Source: a virus
Direction: 5' to 3' (one strand)
IMG/VR virus record: IMGVR_UViG_3300013179_000001
DNA: 44,653 bases
The notes below the pieces were generated by a model. The model had not been told where the DNA came from, searched no databases, and saw nothing but the letters and a program-made list of their open reading frames with translations. Positions 16,523-25,772 of this stretch are shown piece by piece; the first letter of the stretch is position 1, and each line of letters starts with the position of its first letter. Made by a program: the position numbers and the translations under genes.

Positions 16523-16941
16523 CCCCAACCTTCCAAACATTCGTACCCGGCACACCACGACCACAAGGCTCCAAACGCCACGTCGGAGGCGGCCGCATGG
16601 TGGAATCCTCCAAATACGTAAAAGCCTGGCGCACAAAAGTCTCCCAAATCTCCAAACACGCCCACCACGGCCAACCCCCACTCACCGGACCACAACGCCT
16701 AGACCTCGTACTCGTCATGCCCGCCCGCAAAAAAGAACCACACCCCGGCGGCTGGCACACCGTAAAACCCGACCTCGACAAACTAATCCGCGCCATAGAC
16801 GACGCACTCACCACCGCCGGTATAATCACCGACGACTCAACAATCACCGCAATCACAGCACTCAAACGCCGAGCCAAAAAAGACGAGCCACCCGGCGCCC
16901 ACATCACCATCACCCCTCTAGGCGAAACCCAACCCCACTAG
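16519..16941 (+). CDS. rusA: RusA-like Holliday-junction resolvase (copy 2, paralogue of 11993-12397)
   Basis: VPGTPRPQGSKRHV and EPPGAHITITPL parallel motifs of copy 1; ATGA coupling. Confidence 0.65.
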   Translation: MTPTFQTFVPGTPRPQGSKRHVGGGRMVESSKYVKAWRTKVSQISKHAHHGQPPLTGPQRLDLVLVMPARKKEPHPGGWHTVKPDLDKLIRAIDDALTTAGIITDDSTITAITALKRRAKKDEPPGAHITITPLGETQPH

Positions 16942-16952
16942 AGGAAACCCCA

Positions 16953-17534
16953 TTGGACACCACTGAACTCACCCACAAAATAAACCACCTCCACACCGCC
17001 TACCACCACCTCGAAGAAGCCAAATACGCCACCGGACAAACCCGCGACGAACGCACCATGCGACCAGGCGGACGCCTCGGCCCCCAAACCCCAGGACACA
17101 CCAAACCCGTCAACCTCTGCCTAGAACTAGAAACCAGACTCTACGACTACGTTTGCGACGCCAAACGCTACATCACACCCACCCGCATGCTCGCCAAGAA
17201 CTGGGATACCATGCTGCCCTGGCTCAAATTCAACGCCGAACAAATAACCACCCTCGACCCCGGATACGTAGACGAACTCGCCCTAGAACTCGACTACCAA
17301 ACCCGCCGCATCAACCGCCTAATCCAACCCACCGCACCACGCACCGACAGGCCCGAACCCTGGCACCCAGCCCGCACCGTCATCACCCTATGCGCCGGAC
17401 AAGGCCACCGCGTCACCCAAGGACAACTACGCCAGCTCGCGCACCGCGGCATCATCGAAGCCCAATCCTCCGGCAACCGCAACCTCTACCGCACCAGCCA
17501 AGTACTCCAACACCTCAAAGGCCAGCACCAATAG
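16953..17534 (+). CDS. Hypothetical protein (last early gene; possible late regulator)
   Basis: TTG start with GAGGAAACCCCA RBS; position immediately before late region. Confidence 0.45.
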   Translation: MDTTELTHKINHLHTAYHHLEEAKYATGQTRDERTMRPGGRLGPQTPGHTKPVNLCLELETRLYDYVCDAKRYITPTRMLAKNWDTMLPWLKFNAEQITTLDPGYVDELALELDYQTRRINRLIQPTAPRTDRPEPWHPARTVITLCAGQGHRVTQGQLRQLAHRGIIEAQSSGNRNLYRTSQVLQHLKGQHQ

Positions 17535-17546
17535 CCGCAGCTCTTG

Positions 17547-17576
17547 CGGCCGTGTCACGCCAACTGCTATAATCGA
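17547..17576 (+). promoter_or_regulatory. Sigma70-like promoter TTGCGG -18 nt- TATAAT driving the AT-rich moron
   Basis: Hexamers and spacing read directly. Confidence 0.5.
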
Positions 17577-17724
17577 CGCGACGACTTAGTGCGCTTAGAT
17601 TAAAATAGACGCTAGGTGCTTACATAGGTTTCTCAAGTTAACCTAAAGTTCATCTTCCTCTATGGCCTTTCCTAAATAGAGGGCATAATTTGAGTACCAC
17701 CCAATAAGAAGTAGGAGGTACTCG

Positions 17725-17916
17725 ATGGCTAGACTCAGGTTCAACACAGGCCGCGTTGAAGAAGAAATCAACAAGAAGCTCAACGAGCTTCAATTCCAAA
17801 AAGGGGAATCGGTCAAACAAACCGAGCACAATATAGAGCGTGAGCTAAAACGTTCTGGCATATCGCCGAATATGCAGAACGTCAGAAAGCTCGCTAAAAA
17901 GATGCACGACGAATAG
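17725..17916 (+). CDS. Moron-encoded small charged helical protein (63 aa), AT-rich
   Basis: Strong RBS GTAGGAGGTACTCG-ATG; markedly lower GC than flanks; own promoter and terminator. Confidence 0.55.
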   Translation: MARLRFNTGRVEEEINKKLNELQFQKGESVKQTEHNIERELKRSGISPNMQNVRKLAKKMHDE

Positions 17917-17930
17917 TCGTCAAGAGAATA

Positions 17931-17963
17931 CCCTCAACACACGTTGGGGGTTTTCGTCGTTTT
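17931..17963 (+). terminator. Rho-independent terminator (CCCTCAAC-ACAC-GTTGGGGG + TTTTCGTCGTTTT)
   Basis: Read directly; tail identical to terminator at 43762-43774. Confidence 0.6.
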
Positions 17964-18104
17964 AACCAGGCCTTGTAGCCACCTCACCTTGCAACTAACC
18001 ATCACGCATTGAAACGTTAGAGCAACTCTGAGCAACAACACCGAGGCGCAGGCCGCTGGCTCACGACCAGAACAAGGCACAAAGAAAAAAGGGGGAGTGG
18101 GAGC

Positions 18105-18470
18105 ATGCCCGCGAAAGGAACAACCACCGAGCGCGGCTACGATAACGGACACAAAGTGAACCGCGCCCGCATGCTCTACAACCTCATGGATGGCACTAAG
18201 TGCACCTACTGTGGGAAGCCGATGTACCGCGAAGCGGCACTGAACTTCGACCAGGCACCGCTAGAAGCAGACCACAAGCACGGCGATAAATCGAGTCCTG
18301 CCTACAGGCTGATTCACCGTCGGTGTAATCGGTCGATTGCCAACCACTGGGTTGAGCACGGCCCAGGCTGGTACGGCATCGAGGAGCCGCAGGACAGACC
18401 GAAAAGGCCGAAAAAGCCCGAAAAGGCGCGTGACATGCGAAAACGATTCGTTATAGAATGGTCGTTCTAA
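18105..18470 (+). CDS. HNH endonuclease (terminase-associated copy)
   Basis: CTYCGKPM...LEADHKHGD...IHRRCNRS HNH motif; immediately upstream of terminase small and large subunits. Confidence 0.8.
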   Translation: MPAKGTTTERGYDNGHKVNRARMLYNLMDGTKCTYCGKPMYREAALNFDQAPLEADHKHGDKSSPAYRLIHRRCNRSIANHWVEHGPGWYGIEEPQDRPKRPKKPEKARDMRKRFVIEWSF

Positions 18471-18591
18471 TAATTAGTGGGGTGGCCCAATTATCTCGGG
18501 GTTTCCGCTCGACTCCCCCTTCCGGCCCTTGCTCGCGAGCTTTTCTTCAGGCATTCGAAAAGTTGTGTGTTTGACCAGCTAGGAGGCGGGA

Positions 18592-18927
18592 ATGGAACGT
18601 TCACCAATTGAAGAATTCAGCGCTGGCGGGCAAGTGCTCTACCAGCACCTGACGAACTCCCACAATGACGCTTCGACGCAGGCGTTGATTGTCGAGGCGG
18701 CGCGCACAAAAGACCGCTTAGACCGTTTGAACCGGATTACGAACGGTGATGAGGACACGTGGTGCCGCATTTTTCACGGTGAGGGCGAGATTGTTCTGAA
18801 GATGGATACTGCGGTGTCGGAGCAGCGGCAGTTGGCGACGGTTTTTCGCCAGTTGTTAGCAGAGATTCAGAGGAGGCAAGGTGACCATGGCTCTGGTGAT
18901 GAAGAGGACGGATTCGCTGGACTCTGA
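18592..18927 (+). CDS. Putative terminase small subunit
   Basis: Size (111 aa) and position between HNH and large terminase; RBS CTAGGAGGCGGGA. Confidence 0.45.
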   Translation: MERSPIEEFSAGGQVLYQHLTNSHNDASTQALIVEAARTKDRLDRLNRITNGDEDTWCRIFHGEGEIVLKMDTAVSEQRQLATVFRQLLAEIQRRQGDHGSGDEEDGFAGL

Positions 18928-20482
18928 TTTCAACGCTGATTACCGCTCCGAGCTTGAAATGGAGTTCCCGAGTCTCGAGGGGCGCCAGGCGCCGCAGGCA
19001 TTGGTGCGATGCGAGGGCGGGGACTTCACTCACGGTAGGAAAGCTATCGAGCTGGCCCGCCGCTTCGGTGTTACTTTGATGCCGTGGCAGCGTGAGCAGG
19101 TGCTTTGGGCGCTAGCCGTCGACGAGCATGGCCGGTGGCTGCACGCTGACGTAGTTTTGCTGTGCCCACGGCAGAACGGCAAGTCTTTGATTCTTGAGGT
19201 AATCATGCTTTACCGCATGTTTGTACTCAATCACCAGATTGTATTCTCGGCGCACCAGTGGCGTACGGCGAAGTCGATCCGCAATCGTCTCTGGCGGCGT
19301 ATTAAGTCGCGTAAGTGGGCGGAGCGCCGCATTGTTCGCAATACCGCGTCGGCGGGTGAAGCTGAAATGGAAACCGCCGAGGGCGGCAAGCTTCAGTTCA
19401 CGACACGGTCGAACGACATGGGCCGTGGTTTCGATGAGATTGACCTACTGTTGCTGGACGAGGCGTACAACCTTGAGTCTGGAGAGTTGGATGCGGTCGC
19501 TCCGACTCAGCTGGCGGCAGAAGACCCGCAAACTTTTTATACTTCGTCGGCGGTGAATCGGGATAAGCACCCGAAAGGTGCGGAGTTGTCTCGTATTCGT
19601 TACCGAGCGTTGAGCGGCGCCGCTGAGGGAATGCTGTTCTCGGAATTCTGCGCCCCGCCCGACGTGGACCGTGACGACCCGCGGACGTGGAAGCTGGCGA
19701 ACCCGTCGTATGGGTTTCCGAAGCTGGTTGACGCGAAGAAGATGCGGTCGATGCGTTCCAAGCTGACGGACAACGGTTTTGATGTTGAGATGCTTGGTTG
19801 GGGTCGGTGGTACGAGTTCGGGTCGTCTGGCGATGAGGATCTGATTGTGCCGCGTGAGGCGATGCGGGCACTCGTTACCCCGGAGCCTGTGCCGGTCGCT
19901 GATTGTGTCCTGGCGGTTGAGGTGTCGCCGGATGCTGACCGGGTTGGTCTGGTGGCGGCTGGGGAGGCTGCTGGTGGTATTCATCTGCAGCCGCGGCCGG
20001 CTTCGGAGGCCGTGTTCTCAGTTGATGACACGGTGGAGGTCGTGGCTGAGTTTGTGGACCGGTACCGGCCGGCTGCGGTGGTTCTGGACAAGGATGCTAC
20101 GGCGGGTGTGCTGGTTCCTGCTTTGCAGACGGTGGGGATTGACCCGGTATTGATGAACGGTTCTGCGGTGTCTTTAGCGTACCGCGAGTTCAAGCAAGCT
20201 GTGCTGGATGGGTCTATTTCGTTGGACTCGTCTGAGCTGTGGATGGAGCAGTTGGAGGTTGCCCGCGGCCGTCAGGAGGGCGGTAAGTATCCGGCGATTG
20301 ACCGGTATTCGGGGGATGTGTCGGAGCTGGTGGCTGCCACGTTCGCACTGTGGGGGCTGCAGCGGTGGCTGGTGGAGTCCCGTGAGGGGGCTGGTCGTCC
20401 GGTTGAGGAGAAGAAGATGAATCCGCATGGTGTGTTGCCGATGTGGTCGAAGCGGAAGCAGGGAGGTGTTCTAGTTGCCTGA
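18881..20482 (+). CDS. Terminase large subunit
   Basis: Walker A-like LLCPRQNGKSLILEV, Walker B-like IDLLLLDEAY, nuclease-domain acidic residues; 533 aa. Confidence 0.85.
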   Translation: MTMALVMKRTDSLDSDFNADYRSELEMEFPSLEGRQAPQALVRCEGGDFTHGRKAIELARRFGVTLMPWQREQVLWALAVDEHGRWLHADVVLLCPRQNGKSLILEVIMLYRMFVLNHQIVFSAHQWRTAKSIRNRLWRRIKSRKWAERRIVRNTASAGEAEMETAEGGKLQFTTRSNDMGRGFDEIDLLLLDEAYNLESGELDAVAPTQLAAEDPQTFYTSSAVNRDKHPKGAELSRIRYRALSGAAEGMLFSEFCAPPDVDRDDPRTWKLANPSYGFPKLVDAKKMRSMRSKLTDNGFDVEMLGWGRWYEFGSSGDEDLIVPREAMRALVTPEPVPVADCVLAVEVSPDADRVGLVAAGEAAGGIHLQPRPASEAVFSVDDTVEVVAEFVDRYRPAAVVLDKDATAGVLVPALQTVGIDPVLMNGSAVSLAYREFKQAVLDGSISLDSSELWMEQLEVARGRQEGGKYPAIDRYSGDVSELVAATFALWGLQRWLVESREGAGRPVEEKKMNPHGVLPMWSKRKQGGVLVA

Positions 20483-21812
20483 TAGTTCCCAGATGGTTCG
20501 TGAGGTGGGGCATGCCGCCGTGCCGCGCTTCAATAAGCGTGTGGCACGCCCCGAGGGGATGACGTGGGAAGCCTTTCAGCGTGAGCTCGTGCAGATGCGT
20601 TTGACGGCGAAAATTGCTCAGGTTGAGAGTGCGATTCGTAAGCCGATTGAGCAGGCCACGTGGTCGGTGGCGCCGAACGGTGCCCCGCAGGAAATTGTCG
20701 ACTTAGTCTCGCATGACCTTCGTCTACCGGTCGAAGGCGAGGAGGGGCAGCAGCCGCGGCGTACGGGGCGCGTGTCCTGGGACGAGCACCTGAAGTCTGC
20801 CCTGGAGTCGATCTTTACCGGTGTGGCGTTCTTTGAGCAGGTGTACGAGGTAGGCGCGGATGGGCGTAATCATCTGCGTAAGCTCGCACCGCGGCCGAAC
20901 TTGTCGATTCGAAGTATTGAGACCGCCGATGATGGTGGCCTGGTTGGTATCCGGCAGCGTGGGATTAACGGCCACGAGGAGGTCTTCATCCCGGTTAATC
21001 GTCTTGTGGCTTACCGTCATGGGCGCCGTGACGGCACGTGGGAGGGCGCGAGTGTGTTCGCGCCAGCCCGTGATAATTGGTTGGAGTTGCAGAAGCTGCA
21101 GGCGCTGAACTCGCTGGTTCTCCAGCGCAACGGCATGGGCATTCCGAAGTACAAGGCTTCTCAGCTGACTGACCGCAGTGAGGTCAAGGCAGAGATGGAG
21201 TCCGGTCAGCAACTTGCCGAGGAGTACGCGGCCGGGTCAGTTACCGGCTACTCGCTGCCCCCTGGCGCTGAGATGCCGGTGGAAGGCGTCACCGGCCAGT
21301 TGCCGGACATTCCGGCGTCGATGGAGTACCACGCCAACCAAATCGCTATCGCCTGCAATGCAACGCACCTGAACTTGACCGGCGGCGGTGGCTCCTACGC
21401 GCTTGCGTCCGTGCAGCTTGGAGAGTTCATCCAAGGGCTGCAGTCGATGGCGGAATGGATTGCCGATACTGCTTCGCAGCACATCGTGGAGGACTTGGTG
21501 CGAGTGGCATTCCCTGAGTACGAGGGGCCAACACCGTTTATTACGTCCACCAGGATTCAGGTTCAGAAGGACCTGACGCCAGGTGATATTTCGCAGCTGG
21601 CGGCGCAGGGTGTGTTAACGAAGGAGCCGAACCTGGAGCAGTGGGTGCGTTCGTCGTTCCGTATCCCGAAGGCCCGGTCGTTGTTCGAAGCGCTGAAAGA
21701 CAAAAAGGTTCTTACCGACGCTGAGGAGAAACTCGGGGTGTCGCTGAATCCAGATAACGAGAATTCCCCGAGTTCAGGTGGGGAAGATAGTGAGGAGGTA
21801 GCGGATGAATGA
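20475..21812 (+). CDS. Portal protein
   Basis: 445 aa ORF between terminase and prohead protease; TTG start with AGGGAGG RBS. Confidence 0.7.
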   Translation: MPDSSQMVREVGHAAVPRFNKRVARPEGMTWEAFQRELVQMRLTAKIAQVESAIRKPIEQATWSVAPNGAPQEIVDLVSHDLRLPVEGEEGQQPRRTGRVSWDEHLKSALESIFTGVAFFEQVYEVGADGRNHLRKLAPRPNLSIRSIETADDGGLVGIRQRGINGHEEVFIPVNRLVAYRHGRRDGTWEGASVFAPARDNWLELQKLQALNSLVLQRNGMGIPKYKASQLTDRSEVKAEMESGQQLAEEYAAGSVTGYSLPPGAEMPVEGVTGQLPDIPASMEYHANQIAIACNATHLNLTGGGGSYALASVQLGEFIQGLQSMAEWIADTASQHIVEDLVRVAFPEYEGPTPFITSTRIQVQKDLTPGDISQLAAQGVLTKEPNLEQWVRSSFRIPKARSLFEALKDKKVLTDAEEKLGVSLNPDNENSPSSGGEDSEEVADE

Positions 21813-23217
21813 CCTACTGATTTACGGCGATATTGGTTGGGAGAATACAGCCAAGCAAGTTCAGGAGAAGCTCAACGAGTTCGACGGCGGCCCGGTGAGG
21901 GTCCGCATTAACTCTGGTGGTGGCGATGTTTATGAGGGCATCGCCATTTTGAATACTCTGCGGGCTTATAGCGGTGATATCACCGTGGTGATTGAGTCGC
22001 TGGCGGCGTCTGCCGCGTCGTTCATTGCTGTCGGTACAGGCGGGCGGGTTGTGATTCGCCCGAATGCAGAAGTGATGATTCACAAAGCGTGGGCGATGCT
22101 TTCCGGTAACGCCGACGATATTGACAAAATGCGCGCCGACCTGGCTCGCCAAGACGTGAAGCTGGCGAAGATTTACGCCGACCGAGCTGGCGGCGCCCCC
22201 GACGATTGGTTGTCGGTTATGGCCGCGGAGACCTGGTACACCGCCGACGAAGCTCTGGCTGCCGGGTTGGTGGATGAGATTGAGGATGCTAAGCAGCCTG
22301 CGATGGCGTCGCTGGGGGCGATGCGTGCCCAATTTAAGTTTGCTAACCGGGCTGCGGCTCCGCCGCCGCCTGTCACCCGGTCGGAATCGGGGGACGCAAC
22401 TACTACGCCCAGTGATGGGCAGAAAGGGGATACTGTGAGTATTCTTAATCAGCTTGCCCAGGAGCTGGGCAAGAAGCCGGAGGACGTGAAGAACGCGCTC
22501 TCCGGCTTTTTCAATGAGACGGTCGAGGTCTCTGGCCAGGTTGACGTGACCTACCCGGAGGAAACCGCCGTGGCCCCAACCGAGCGTGTAACGGTTGAGC
22601 CGACCGTTGCAAACACTGACGGTGAAGCCGGCGGCTCCCTAGGACTAGCGTTCGCCGTATCCAACACCCCGGATGGTTGGGACATTACCGTGGACGAATC
22701 CACTGGCGCAGTAACAGCCAAGACTCCCGCCGGAGTAGAGCCAGGAGACACGGCCACCGCGACCGTCACGGTGAATGAGTCCACCGAGGTGCCGGTTGCC
22801 TTTAAGGTGCGAGCCCTCGCAGACGATGATGAGCAGCCGACCAGCACCGAAGGCGTGGACGCTCCGGCTGGGGAGGAGTCGACCACTACCGTGACCCTCG
22901 ACCGTGACACCTATAACCTGCTGGTATCGCAGGCTAAGCAGGGCGCACAAGCAGCGTCCGATAAAGCCCGTGAGGCCCGCATCGCTGAGGTGGACAACTG
23001 GATTTCCGAGGGCCGTATTGCTGCGGCTCAGCGCGACAAGGTGCTGTCCGTGATGCACGAGAATGAGGCCCTTGCGCGTGAAGTGTACGGGTCTAACCCG
23101 AAGAACACCGTCCCGATGGCGGAGGTAGGCCACGTTGGAGATGGCATGCCGAAGTCGAAGGCGGAAGAACTGTTGGCAAAAGCCGACAGTATCCGTAACA
23201 ACAAGAAAGGATCGTAA
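21805..23217 (+). CDS. Prohead protease (ClpP/S14-like) fused to scaffold-like C-terminal domain
   Basis: N-terminal ~190 aa ClpP-like (INSGGGDVYEGIAILNTL...ASAASFIAVG...IHKAWA); C-terminal 280 aa acidic/T-rich then helical, scaffold-like. Confidence 0.7.
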   Translation: MNDLLIYGDIGWENTAKQVQEKLNEFDGGPVRVRINSGGGDVYEGIAILNTLRAYSGDITVVIESLAASAASFIAVGTGGRVVIRPNAEVMIHKAWAMLSGNADDIDKMRADLARQDVKLAKIYADRAGGAPDDWLSVMAAETWYTADEALAAGLVDEIEDAKQPAMASLGAMRAQFKFANRAAAPPPPVTRSESGDATTTPSDGQKGDTVSILNQLAQELGKKPEDVKNALSGFFNETVEVSGQVDVTYPEETAVAPTERVTVEPTVANTDGEAGGSLGLAFAVSNTPDGWDITVDESTGAVTAKTPAGVEPGDTATATVTVNESTEVPVAFKVRALADDDEQPTSTEGVDAPAGEESTTTVTLDRDTYNLLVSQAKQGAQAASDKAREARIAEVDNWISEGRIAAAQRDKVLSVMHENEALAREVYGSNPKNTVPMAEVGHVGDGMPKSKAEELLAKADSIRNNKKGS

Positions 23218-23603
23218 TGTCTAATCCGACTTTCAAGCATGGCCCGATTGGCTTTGATATTGCTACCGACCTCGACAAGTTCCGCGTCGTCGCCCTCAAC
23301 GAGGAAGGCAAGATAGCCTACGCCAACGGAACGGGCGGCGCCCTAGGCGTTGTCACCGAGACCGGACGCCTTGAGGAGAAGGAGCCAGGCGCGAAAAACA
23401 TCGCCGTCCACTACGGCACTGCTGCCGTGAAGGTCGAGACCGACGGTGAGATTAAGGCCGGTGCTGCGGTGTATACCGCCGCTGACGGCAAGGTATCCGC
23501 CACCGGCACCGTCAAGATTGGTGTGGCAATCCGCCCCACCGCTGATGGTAAGACCCTGACCATTCTTAACGGCCTGCCGACCGCAGGCCCTGATGCGGCC
23601 TAG
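23217..23603 (+). CDS. Putative head decoration/cement protein
   Basis: Gly/Ala/Thr-rich beta-type 128-aa protein immediately upstream of the major capsid gene. Confidence 0.35.
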   Translation: MSNPTFKHGPIGFDIATDLDKFRVVALNEEGKIAYANGTGGALGVVTETGRLEEKEPGAKNIAVHYGTAAVKVETDGEIKAGAAVYTAADGKVSATGTVKIGVAIRPTADGKTLTILNGLPTAGPDAA

Positions 23604-23617
23604 AAGGAGCACCAATA

Positions 23618-24550
23618 ATGGCTACGAATAACTCTTACTTTGACGCCCTCGAGGTGCTGCCGGTCGAGGACATTCTGACCTCTTCCGAGCTTCTTGAGGC
23701 TGCAGCCTCCGAGCTGCTTGTTGGCACGCAGGCATACGACCTGCTCTTCAACGCACATAACGTTGACCACCTCACCATCGGGTACAACACCGATGTGGCG
23801 CCGGGCCTGGACGAGGCCGTGCAGACTGTTCCGGAATTCGGTGAGATTCCGGTTGGTGACCCAGACGCAGGCGAGCGTAAGTACGCTGACCTGACGAAGA
23901 AGGCTATCGGTCTTCGCATCTCCAAGGAACAGCGCGATTACGGTACTGGTGCTGATATTCAGCGCGAGCTCGTCGGCCGCGTAGCGGAGATTCGCCGCAG
24001 TAATTCTACTGATGCCATGGCTGCGCTTGAAGCAGCTGGCATCGAGGAGTTACCGGTGGCGAAGAAGTGGAACACCGCTGATGCGCAGGCCGTGGATGAC
24101 CTGTGGGCTGCCGATGACCTCCTCGCCGGTGCGAAGGACACTCGCGGAAACCTGTTCAACTACTCGGCTGGCTACGTGTGGGCTAACCGTAAGACGCTAA
24201 ACGCTCTGAAGCGTAATAAGCAGACTTCCAGCTTCTACATCGGCGACATGGCGCACGCTAACCCGCTGTTTGCCGGCATTAGTGAGCAGCCACTCGTGGC
24301 TGAGCAGTTCAAACTGGTAGCTGACCAGGCACTGCCGGACGGCGTGGCCTATGTGTTCGCCGACTCCGAGTACGGCACCGTGGGTACGCGCTTCCAGACT
24401 GGTGAGCCGATTTTCACCCCGTTCTATGAGGAACATGGCCAGTCTGGTCATGGTGGTTCTACCATGTCCTGGCGTTCTGACTATGCGCACTGGCGTGCTT
24501 TGGCGGTGCGCGCTCCGAAGGCTGCGGTGAAGCTCACCGGCGCTATTTAG
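23618..24550 (+). CDS. Major capsid protein (HK97-fold)
   Basis: 310 aa; position after protease and decoration genes; strong RBS GAAGGAGCACC. Confidence 0.75.
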   Translation: MATNNSYFDALEVLPVEDILTSSELLEAAASELLVGTQAYDLLFNAHNVDHLTIGYNTDVAPGLDEAVQTVPEFGEIPVGDPDAGERKYADLTKKAIGLRISKEQRDYGTGADIQRELVGRVAEIRRSNSTDAMAALEAAGIEELPVAKKWNTADAQAVDDLWAADDLLAGAKDTRGNLFNYSAGYVWANRKTLNALKRNKQTSSFYIGDMAHANPLFAGISEQPLVAEQFKLVADQALPDGVAYVFADSEYGTVGTRFQTGEPIFTPFYEEHGQSGHGGSTMSWRSDYAHWRALAVRAPKAAVKLTGAI

Positions 24551-24564
24551 GCCGGGTGGAAGTT

Positions 24565-24924
24565 ATGCCGCAGATTGTGCTGAAGAAGGCGGCGTTCTAT
24601 CCGCTGGATTCACGGGTGGTACACCCGTCGGGTACGGCCCTTGAAGTAACTGAGGAGGAGGCGGCAGTGCTGCGTGAGCGTGGCGTTGTCGCCGACGATG
24701 CGCCCGCCCAGGAGCCGCCGAAGCCGGACGATAAGGAATCTAAGACGAAACCTGTAGGGGATCCGAAGGCCGCTCCGTCTGGCGCATACCCTCCTCTACC
24801 AAAGCGCACCGAGCCGGTAGCCCGCTGGAAGGAGTACGCCCGCACCAACGGCATCAAGCTGACTGGTCTGACGCGGCGTAACGAAATCATGGGCTACATC
24901 AACAAGGTCGTTAACGCCCAATAG
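24565..24924 (+). CDS. Hypothetical head-associated protein with Pro/Lys-rich linker and C-terminal HeH/Rho-N-like motif
   Basis: C-terminus ARWKEYARTNGIKLTGLTRRNEIMGYI; alternative GTG start at 24556. Confidence 0.45.
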   Translation: MPQIVLKKAAFYPLDSRVVHPSGTALEVTEEEAAVLRERGVVADDAPAQEPPKPDDKESKTKPVGDPKAAPSGAYPPLPKRTEPVARWKEYARTNGIKLTGLTRRNEIMGYINKVVNAQ

Positions 24925-24936
24925 AAAGGGGGTGTC

Positions 24937-25401
24937 GTGCCCATGGAGGTCACTGTTGATGACATCCTTTCGGTATTTCCCCGCCCACTAACCAAGGATG
25001 AGCAGCAGCGCGCCCAGGGGCTTATTGCTCAGTCTCTGGAGCTTATCGCCATGGAGTTCGCCCGCCGTGGCCGTGACCTCACGGCTGAAATTGAGTCGGA
25101 GCCGTGGCGTGCAGTTGCTGTGAAGCAGGCTGTGCGCGTCATGGTGTCGCAAGCCGTGCTCGTCGGCGACAATGTGGGGCGTGCGTCTGTCTCATCGACG
25201 ACCGGACCTCAGTCCGATTCGGTGTCCTACTCACAAGGGGTCGGGATTCACTGGGGCGGTGTGGGCCTCGATGATGCAATCCTTGACTTGCTGGGTTTGG
25301 GCGTACGTGCGGTTCCACTGGGGCGCGGTGGCCGGGTAATTCCATTCGGCCATCGTTGGCCACGTAGTGGGGCTGAATTCAGCGAGCGGAGGCGGTGCTA
25401 A
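24937..25401 (+). CDS. Head-tail connector (adaptor) protein
   Basis: LTKDEQQRAQGLIAQSLELIAME resembles gp6-type head-tail connector N-terminus; GTG 24937 with AAGGGGG RBS. Confidence 0.5.
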   Translation: MPMEVTVDDILSVFPRPLTKDEQQRAQGLIAQSLELIAMEFARRGRDLTAEIESEPWRAVAVKQAVRVMVSQAVLVGDNVGRASVSSTTGPQSDSVSYSQGVGIHWGGVGLDDAILDLLGLGVRAVPLGRGGRVIPFGHRWPRSGAEFSERRRC

Positions 25402-25772
25402 TGGCATGGCGCCCCGATGAATTTGGAGAGCCCATCACCATCAAGGGAGGACTGATTGGGCGTGACCATCGTGGCCGGCCGGAGTACGCGCCGGGCCGTG
25501 TGATTGAGCACTGTGTAGTGTCCCCCGCAGGTGATCAGGTCGTTAAAGGCGACGGGTTTACTCATGGGGATATTACGAAGCTGCAGGTGCTTGCTCCACC
25601 AGGGACGGTGGTGGCCGATGGGGATACGGTCACCATTCGTGGTGAGGACTATACGGTGCAGCAGCGTCGGTCGTTTGATTACTCGGTAGGTCGACGGCCC
25701 GTAGTCAGCTGGCATCAGCCGAAGGTTGTGTTCATCGTGGAGCGTGGGGAGGTGTCTGACGGTGTCGCTTAA
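25401..25772 (+). CDS. Head-tail joining (head closure) protein
   Basis: Size and order; ATG 25401 with GGAGG RBS 8 nt upstream. Confidence 0.45.
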   Translation: MAWRPDEFGEPITIKGGLIGRDHRGRPEYAPGRVIEHCVVSPAGDQVVKGDGFTHGDITKLQVLAPPGTVVADGDTVTIRGEDYTVQQRRSFDYSVGRRPVVSWHQPKVVFIVERGEVSDGVA

